In this document: positions 57,986 to 64,000 of the stretch, piece by piece
Numbering within the stretch: the stretch's first letter is position 1
Layout: each line of letters opens with the position of its first letter
Assembly: GCA_965214075.1 (NCBI GenBank)
Contig: OZ243936.1
Location: 1,929,797 to 1,993,796, forward strand
Direction: 5' to 3'
DNA: 64,000 bases
Origin: Phototrophicaceae bacterium
GTDB lineage: Bacteria; Chloroflexota; Anaerolineae; Aggregatilineales; Phototrophicaceae
Notes under the pieces: generated by a model
Databases searched by the model: none
What the model saw: only the letters and a program-made list of their open reading frames with translations
What the model was told of the DNA's origin: nothing
Translations under genes and position numbers: made by a program

Positions 57986-58621
57986 TTGCGGGATCGAACC
58001 GTGAAGATTCTCTGCGTCAGCGATATCGAAGCGCCGCAGTTGCACAGCGCGGTCAACCTCCGTCGTCAATATAGCGATATTGATTTAATCATTAGCTGCG
58101 GGGATATGCCGCCTGGTTATCTTGATTTTATCAGCACCATCATCAGCGTACCGATGTTCTACGTGCGCGGCAATCATGACGAGATATACCGCGACGACCC
58201 GCCCGGCGGCATTAATTTGCATGAAAAAGTCGTTGCATACAAAGGCTTGACGCTGGCTGGGCTGGAAGGGTCCATCCGCTATAACGCGGGGGAAATCCAG
58301 TATACGCAGATGCAGATGCACTGGAAGGTCGTGAAGCTGGGCGCGAAGGTGCTTTGGAACCGCGTGATGGGCAGCCGCGGCATTGATCTTTTTGTGACGC
58401 ATTCGCCGGCGCGCAATATCCACGATGGCCGCGATGTCGCGCATCGTGGCTTCGACAGTTTTGTCAATTTCTTGAAGTGGTACCGCCCCCGCTATATGCT
58501 GCACGGTCATGTGCATACCTGGGATAGAAGAAAAGTTGTGCGCACGCAGTTCGCGTCCACCTGCGTTTTGAATATCAATCCATTTACGGTTTTGGAGTTG
58601 GAGCCGCAATCAGCCTCATAA
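57986..58621 (+). CDS. metallophosphoesterase
   Basis: ILCVSDIE, CGDM, RGNHDE, VTHSP and GHVH motifs. Confidence 0.7.
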   Translation: MRDRTVKILCVSDIEAPQLHSAVNLRRQYSDIDLIISCGDMPPGYLDFISTIISVPMFYVRGNHDEIYRDDPPGGINLHEKVVAYKGLTLAGLEGSIRYNAGEIQYTQMQMHWKVVKLGAKVLWNRVMGSRGIDLFVTHSPARNIHDGRDVAHRGFDSFVNFLKWYRPRYMLHGHVHTWDRRKVVRTQFASTCVLNINPFTVLELEPQSAS

Positions 58622-58649
58622 ACCAATGCCGCGGGGAGGTGGCAGCCTT

Positions 58650-60083
58650 ATGTGGCAAGCATATCATTCCGTCAGCAAGGTCGAAGAAGCCCTGGCATTG
58701 CTCCAGCAGCACGGTCGCGCCGCGCGCATAGTCGCCGGCGGCACCGACCTAATCATTGAAATGGAGCGCGGCCAGCGCCCGCAGCTCAAGGTTCTGATTG
58801 ACATCACAAGGGTCAAGGGACTGGATGAGATTTGCGCCCGCGACGGCATGGTGCATTTGGGACCCTTGGTCACGCATAATCATGTGCTTGGCAGCGCGCT
58901 GATACGGCAGCGCGGGCTGCCGCTGGCGCAAGCCTCCTGGGAAGTTGGCGCGCCCCAGATACGCAACCGCGCAACTATCGCCGGCAATCTCATCACCGCT
59001 TCGCCCGCCAATGACACCATCACGCCTTTGATTGCAATGGACGCCCAGGTGACCTTATCATCGCAGGCTGGCCAACGCGCAGTTGCCTTGCAAGACTTTT
59101 ACAGCGGCTACCGTCAGACGGTTATGCTGCCCAATGAAATGCTAAGCGCCATATCATTCCCGGCGCTACGAGACAATCAGCGCGGCTTATTCTTGAAGCT
59201 GGGTTTGCGCCGCGCCCAGGCGATATCCGTGGTTGACGCGGCGATTGTGCTTTCCTTCGCCGCCGATGAGACCGTCAGCGCCGCGCGCATCGCGCTGGGC
59301 AGCGTGGCCGCGACCATCATTCGCGCGCCAGCGGCGGAGGCATACCTGCTGGGCAAGCGCTTGAACCCAGAAAATATCGCGGCGGCGGCGCGCTTGGCTG
59401 GGCAAGCCGCCAGTCCCATCGCCGATGTCCGCGGCAGCGCCGAATATCGCAGCGAGATGGTGAAAGTCTTGGTAGCGCGGGCATTGCGGCGCTTGGCGCA
59501 TGAATCCGTTGACAGTGGCTTGCCCAGCGCCCCGCCCATGCTTTGGGGCAAAGACGAAGCCCGGGTGAAAAAAGTATTGCCGGCGCAAATTATACATCGG
59601 CCGGATACGCCGATAGCTTGCGCTATCAACGGCGAAAAGGCGCTGGTCGCCAGTGGACAGCAAAAATCGCTGCTGCACTGGTTGCGCGAAGATGTCAAAC
59701 TGCCGGGCACGAAGGAAGGCTGCGCTGAAGGCGAATGTGGCGCTTGTACCGTCTTCCTGGATGATGTCGCCGTCATGGCTTGCATGGTGCACGCGCCCAG
59801 GGCACATGATGCCGAGATTGCGACGGTTGAGGGACTCGCGAATGCCGATGCGCTGCACCCGATTCAGAGCGCCTTCATTGATGAAGCGGCGGTGCAATGC
59901 GGTTACTGCACGCCGGGCTTTTTGATGGCGGGCGCGAAACTGCTTGAGGAGATAGCGGAACCCAGCCGAGAACAAATCAATTACAGCATTAGCGGCAATC
60001 TCTGCCGCTGCACTGGCTATTACAAGATCGTCAAAGCCTTTGAAGCAGCGAGCAAAGCGAATCTAAAACAAAGCGAAAGCTAG
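58650..60083 (+). CDS. xanthine-dehydrogenase-family FAD-binding subunit fused to the [2Fe-2S] subunit
   Basis: N-terminal FAD part (IVAGGTDLIIEM, CO-dehydrogenase-flavoprotein-like). C-terminal Fe-S part CAEGECGACTV, CGYCTPGFLM and NLCRCTGYYKI. The ORF opens at 58626; ATG 58650 (MWQAYHS) is preferred. Confidence 0.85.
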   Translation: MWQAYHSVSKVEEALALLQQHGRAARIVAGGTDLIIEMERGQRPQLKVLIDITRVKGLDEICARDGMVHLGPLVTHNHVLGSALIRQRGLPLAQASWEVGAPQIRNRATIAGNLITASPANDTITPLIAMDAQVTLSSQAGQRAVALQDFYSGYRQTVMLPNEMLSAISFPALRDNQRGLFLKLGLRRAQAISVVDAAIVLSFAADETVSAARIALGSVAATIIRAPAAEAYLLGKRLNPENIAAAARLAGQAASPIADVRGSAEYRSEMVKVLVARALRRLAHESVDSGLPSAPPMLWGKDEARVKKVLPAQIIHRPDTPIACAINGEKALVASGQQKSLLHWLREDVKLPGTKEGCAEGECGACTVFLDDVAVMACMVHAPRAHDAEIATVEGLANADALHPIQSAFIDEAAVQCGYCTPGFLMAGAKLLEEIAEPSREQINYSISGNLCRCTGYYKIVKAFEAASKANLKQSES

Positions 60084-60087
60084 GCTC

Positions 60088-61839
60088 ATGGACAGGCAGG
60101 TGCCGACGACCGGCAGCGAAGAAATTGAACTATATATGCGCACATATTACTCGCTGCTGCGCTCTAGCGACGCCATCAAAATTGAGACATTGGTCGAGAG
60201 CCATATCGCCATGCGCTCTTCTTTGCACGAGTACGCCAGCGAGCTGCAGCCCGATGTTTCGGCATTGATGTACAGCGCATTGCGGCTGCCAGCCTGCATC
60301 ATCCAAGTTGAAGAAGTGCTGATTGGGCAGATGGACCGCGCCTTTGTGGCGGCCGGTTACAAAAACATCGCGCAATGGCGGCAAGTCTATGCGCCCGGGC
60401 GCAGGCGGCGAACGCATTTCAATGGCGGTCATACGATGGCGGTATACATCATCAGCCGCTCTGATATTGATGACCTCGTGCCGATTTTGACCGCCTTTCA
60501 AATCGAATGGAACAAACTGCATATTTTGTTGCAAAAGCAAGACTTGCAAGATTTGCTGCTGGCGCATGAAGACTGCGCATTGTCGGACCCCGATTTCGCG
60601 CATTTGGCGGCCGGCTTGTACATGGCGGTCAGCGACTTGCGTCGGCTGCGTTTGCTATGGAAGGACGATTTTGTCACGAATTTGTTGTCTATGAGCCGGC
60701 AGCGCAAAAGCATGAATTTGCGGCTGATATCCGGTTCCTTGGCCGATTACCGCCGCGCGACCGCGTCCTGGTGGGATTATTTGTGCGCCGAGCTGTCTGA
60801 TGTTGGCATCGAGCTCAATGAAAGACCCGTCTATTTCGTCTCCAGCAATACACATTCCCTAATCAACCTCTTGGCTGGCTTCGCCCGGCGCTACGAAGAA
60901 AGCCTGATTAGTTATATCGAGACATTTCAAGAAAAATCCCTGCTGACCGAATACGAGGACATCAAGCAGAGCTACCACAAAAGTATGGACAATTTTTTAT
61001 ACTTTGTGCTACGCCAGTATCTCTCCGAGCGCGGCAGCGAAGCCAAGCGCATCTTTCATGAAGAAGAGAATCGCTTAGGCATCCACCGCGTTCCCAGCCG
61101 CCAAGGTTTCGAAATCGAGACCCAGGTTATCGAATTGGGCAAGCTGGAAGCGCGCTGGTTCGACCGGCGTTTGGGGCGCGCCGATGACCTCGAGCCGCTG
61201 CGCCACAGCCAAGCCATCATCATCAATATCGACTATCCTTTGGGCATGGCTTCTTATGAATTGCTGAGCCGCATATCCGAGGGCGTCGGGCGTTTGGATG
61301 GTGTCTATGTCATGGGCAAGTCGGCCACGCTCAATGGGCGCATTGGCGATATGATGATTCCCAATGTCATCCACGACGAACATTCGCGGAATACCTATCT
61401 CTTCCGCAATTGCTTTACCGCGCGCCATGTCCGCTCTTATATGCGCCATGGCAATATCTTGGACAATCAAAAAGCGGTAACGGTTTTGGGTACCTTTTTA
61501 CAAAATCCCCATTATATGAGCGTCTTTTATAAAGAAGGTTATACCGATATCGAAATGGAAGGCGGTCCTTACCTATCCGCGGTCTATGAAGCCTTCCGCC
61601 CGCAGCGGCATCCCATGAACGAAATTGTTAATTTGCATTCGGTCAAATTTGATATTGGATTTTTGCATTACGCCTCGGACAGGCCAACCAAAGCGGGCCA
61701 GAATCTGGGCGCGGGCAGCCTCAGCTTCGGCGGCGTTGAACCGACTTATGCCGCCGCAATCGCCATCATCAGACGCATATTTTATAATGAGACCGAGAAA
61801 TTGATCGAAACAACATTTGAGGCAATGCCAGCCTTTTAG
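60088..61839 (+). CDS. uncharacterised 583-aa protein; C-terminal ~230 aa resembles a PNP/UDP-fold nucleosidase (AMP-nucleosidase-like)
   Basis: IINIDYPLGMASYELL..., GVYVMGKSATLNGRIGDMMIPNVIHDEH, TDIEMEGGPYL and HYASDRP follow the order of PNP_UDP-type catalytic motifs. I recognise no family for the N-terminal ~350 aa. It starts 4 nt after the upstream stop. Confidence 0.5.
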   Translation: MDRQVPTTGSEEIELYMRTYYSLLRSSDAIKIETLVESHIAMRSSLHEYASELQPDVSALMYSALRLPACIIQVEEVLIGQMDRAFVAAGYKNIAQWRQVYAPGRRRRTHFNGGHTMAVYIISRSDIDDLVPILTAFQIEWNKLHILLQKQDLQDLLLAHEDCALSDPDFAHLAAGLYMAVSDLRRLRLLWKDDFVTNLLSMSRQRKSMNLRLISGSLADYRRATASWWDYLCAELSDVGIELNERPVYFVSSNTHSLINLLAGFARRYEESLISYIETFQEKSLLTEYEDIKQSYHKSMDNFLYFVLRQYLSERGSEAKRIFHEEENRLGIHRVPSRQGFEIETQVIELGKLEARWFDRRLGRADDLEPLRHSQAIIINIDYPLGMASYELLSRISEGVGRLDGVYVMGKSATLNGRIGDMMIPNVIHDEHSRNTYLFRNCFTARHVRSYMRHGNILDNQKAVTVLGTFLQNPHYMSVFYKEGYTDIEMEGGPYLSAVYEAFRPQRHPMNEIVNLHSVKFDIGFLHYASDRPTKAGQNLGAGSLSFGGVEPTYAAAIAIIRRIFYNETEKLIETTFEAMPAF

Positions 61840-61893
61840 GCTTGGCAACGATTGCCAGTTATTTTCATCAGACATTAGATAGGGCTTAGACAA

Positions 61894-64000
61894 TTGACCG
61901 CAGAAGCAACTAGCGTAATCAGCCAGTCAGTCAAACGCATTGACGCCCGCGGCAAGGTCACCGGCGAAACCCGCTATCCCGGCGATATTGATATCGAAGG
62001 GCAGTTATGGATGCGCATCAAATTTAGCGAGCGCGCCCATGCCCGCGTCTTGCATGTGGATGCCAGCCGCGCGGAAGCGCTGCCGGGCGTCTTGCGCGTC
62101 TTCACCAGCCACGATGTGCCCGTCAACGAATACGGCTTGGTCATCAAAGACCAGCCGGTGCTTTGTGGACCGGGCGGCAAAAAACCGGGGAGCGATGTCG
62201 CGCGCTGCTACATGGACATGATAGCGACGGTGGTGGCCGAAACTGACGCTATCGCCCGCCAAGCGCTCGAGCTCATCGAAGTGGCATACGAAGACTTGCC
62301 GGCGGTGTTTGATGCGGATGCGGCTATGCAGCCGGGCGCGCCGCAGCTGCATCCCGACAGCCCCGGCAATTTAGTTACGCAGTACCGCATCCGCCGCGGC
62401 GATATGGCAGCCGGCTGGGCGCAGGCGGATGTCGTGGTCGAAGCGGAATACGAGACCACTTGGCAAGAACACGCCTACCTGCAACCAGAAGCGGGACTGG
62501 CCTACATCGACGACGAGAATCGGGTGACTGTGCTGGTGGCTGGGCAATGGACGCATGAAGACCAAGAGCAAATTGCTCATGCGCTGGACTTGCCGCCAGA
62601 GCAAGTGCGCGTGATATACCCGGCCATTGGCGGCGCATTTGGCGGCAGAGAAGATATGACCGTCCAGATTATTTTGGCGCTGGCAGCCTGGCAACTGCGA
62701 CAGCCCGTCAAAATCCAGTGGAATCGCGAAGAGTCGATCCTCTATCATCACAAAAGGCACCCGATAAAGGTCAAGGCGAAATGGGGCGCGACCAGCGCAG
62801 GCAAATTGACCGCTGCCGCCGCGACCATCATTGGCGATGCCGGCGCATACAACTATACGTCTAACAAGGTGCTCGGCAATGCGCAGCTCACGGTAACCGG
62901 ACCATACGAGATAGCCAACGCGCATGTCGATACCTACACGGTCTACACCAATAATATCCCCTCAGGCGCTTTTCGCGGCTTTGGCGCGCCCCAGGCTTTG
63001 CTGGCTGCGGAGGGTCAAATGAATCGGCTGGCAGCCGCCTTGAACATGGACCCGCTCGAGCTGCGCATGAAAAACACCATCAAAGAAGGCAGTATCGGCT
63101 CGGTAGGCAGTCCTTTCCCGCCCGGCGTGACGATGCCACAAGTCTTCGCGGCTTGCGGGCAGGAATCCTGGTGGCGGCAGCGCGACCAGGGCTGGCGGAT
63201 GCGCAAGGCGAGTCAGCCCGCCGACAGCAGCATGCGGCGCGGGCGCGGCATCGCCGGCGGGTTCAAAAATGTCGGCTTCAGCTTTGGTTTCCCCGAGCAC
63301 TGTTGGGCTGGTATCGAGATCCATGGCGAGGGCGAGATTGAGTCGGTAAGGCTTTATCAGGCTGGCGCTGAAGTCGGGCAGGGCGCGCATACCGCCCTCA
63401 GCCAGATGGCGGCGGACGCGGTCGGAGTGCCTTTCGACAAGGTGCGGATTGTCGCTTCGGACACGGCGACCTCGGGTTCATCCGGCAGCGCGTCGGCATC
63501 GCGGCTGTCATTTATGTCCGGCAATGCCATACGCGGCGCGGCCGAAATCGCCCTAAGAAAATGGCAGGACGAAGAACGTCCAGCCAAGGCAGAGTATATG
63601 TACCATCCGCCGCCGACCACCGCCTTTGACCCCGATACGGGAGAATGCGATCCCAATTTCGCTTATGGCTATGTCGCCGAAGCGGTCGAGGTCGAGGTTG
63701 ATATCGAAACGGGCCAGGTGCGGCTGCTGGAGGTGGTCTGTGCCAACGATGTCGGCAAGGTCATCAATCCACAGCAATTAGAGGGTCAGATAGAAGGCGC
63801 AATCGTGCAAGCCCAGGGCTACGCTTTGATGGAGTACCTCGTCTCGCGCGAAGGCAAGGTCTTGAACCCATTTTTGTCTACTTACCTCATTCCGACTTCT
63901 TTGGATGTGCCGCCGATCGTAAAGTCAGTTGTGCTAGAAAATCCCGATCCCATTGGTCCTTGGGGCGCGCGCGGCATGGCGGAGATGCCTTTCCTGCCGC
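61894..64000 (+). CDS. xanthine-dehydrogenase/aldehyde-oxidase-family molybdopterin-binding subunit (3' end beyond window)
   Basis: Not in the ORF track because no stop is reached. My own translation from TTG 61894 gives LTAEATSVISQSVKRIDARGKVTGETRYPGD...HAYLQPEAGLAY...IGGAFGGREDM...SGAFRGFGAPQALLAAE...GSSGSASASR. An in-frame TAG lies at 61876. Confidence 0.85.
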   Translation, partial: MTAEATSVISQSVKRIDARGKVTGETRYPGDIDIEGQLWMRIKFSERAHARVLHVDASRAEALPGVLRVFTSHDVPVNEYGLVIKDQPVLCGPGGKKPGSDVARCYMDMIATVVAETDAIARQALELIEVAYEDLPAVFDADAAMQPGAPQLHPDSPGNLVTQYRIRRGDMAAGWAQADVVVEAEYETTWQEHAYLQPEAGLAYIDDENRVTVLVAGQWTHEDQEQIAHALDLPPEQVRVIYPAIGGAFGGREDMTVQIILALAAWQLRQPVKIQWNREESILYHHKRHPIKVKAKWGATSAGKLTAAAATIIGDAGAYNYTSNKVLGNAQLTVTGPYEIANAHVDTYTVYTNNIPSGAFRGFGAPQALLAAEGQMNRLAAALNMDPLELRMKNTIKEGSIGSVGSPFPPGVTMPQVFAACGQESWWRQRDQGWRMRKASQPADSSMRRGRGIAGGFKNVGFSFGFPEHCWAGIEIHGEGEIESVRLYQAGAEVGQGAHTALSQMAADAVGVPFDKVRIVASDTATSGSSGSASASRLSFMSGNAIRGAAEIALRKWQDEERPAKAEYMYHPPPTTAFDPDTGECDPNFAYGYVAEAVEVEVDIETGQVRLLEVVCANDVGKVINPQQLEGQIEGAIVQAQGYALMEYLVSREGKVLNPFLSTYLIPTSLDVPPIVKSVVLENPDPIGPWGARGMAEMPFLP

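Noticed and set aside
58650-64000. Selenocysteine recoding (in-frame TGA plus SECIS) in the XDH-family genes, given the selenium-linked gene families nearby.
   Set aside because: Both reading frames are continuously open without an internal TGA. The selenium dependence of this enzyme class, where known, involves a labile cofactor and not Sec, so nothing in the sequence can show it.

Overview
The window is a 64-kb chromosomal segment of a moderately GC-rich bacterium. Gene content, a split F420 biosynthesis gene set, G-rich palindromic intergenic repeats and frequent TTG/GTG starts suggest a Chloroflexota-like organism, but that assignment is inference only. All calls below come from reading motifs in the supplied translations and the DNA; no database search was possible, and most start codons are uncertain by a few codons.

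Positions 1-39.8 kb are mostly housekeeping:
- ilvC(partial)-leuA-leuC-leuD-cimA-leuB operon, then murA.
- A SAM-I riboswitch with an intrinsic terminator in front of a Cys/Met-family PLP enzyme, followed by thrC and thrB.
- A compact operon of an iscX-like gene, nuoB, a nuoCD fusion and nuoI, with no other nuo genes nearby.
- tRNA-Val, dcd, argS, a SAM methyltransferase and an MsbA-like ABC exporter.
- A lipoprotein gene followed by a 918-aa glycoside-hydrolase-like protein.
- A malEFG-like sugar importer, a MaoC hydratase, galT and a secreted serine hydrolase.
- tRNA-Leu, an ftsB-like gene, a ygfZ-like gene, gmk and folD.

The most interesting part is 39.9-64 kb, where every gene is on the + strand. 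It looks like a purine-catabolism island:
- An 8-oxoguanine-deaminase-like amidohydrolase and adenine deaminase.
- A YgeY-type hydrolase, a YgeW-type carbamoyltransferase, carbamate kinase and an SsnA-type amidohydrolase.
- A xanthine-dehydrogenase-family enzyme made of a FAD/2Fe-2S fusion subunit and a Mo subunit.

This island is interrupted by three unexpected inserts:
- (a) A translationally coupled module of a thrC-like gene, a GT2 glycosyltransferase, a small ORF and a PLP enzyme.
- (b) An F420 block: npdG, cofE, a stand-alone FbiB-C-like nitroreductase, cofD, cofC and an LLM oxidoreductase.
- (c) An uncharacterised 583-aa protein wedged between the xdh genes, whose C-terminus looks like an AMP-nucleosidase/PNP-fold domain.

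I saw no CRISPR array, transposase, integrase, toxin-antitoxin pair or recognisable defence gene.
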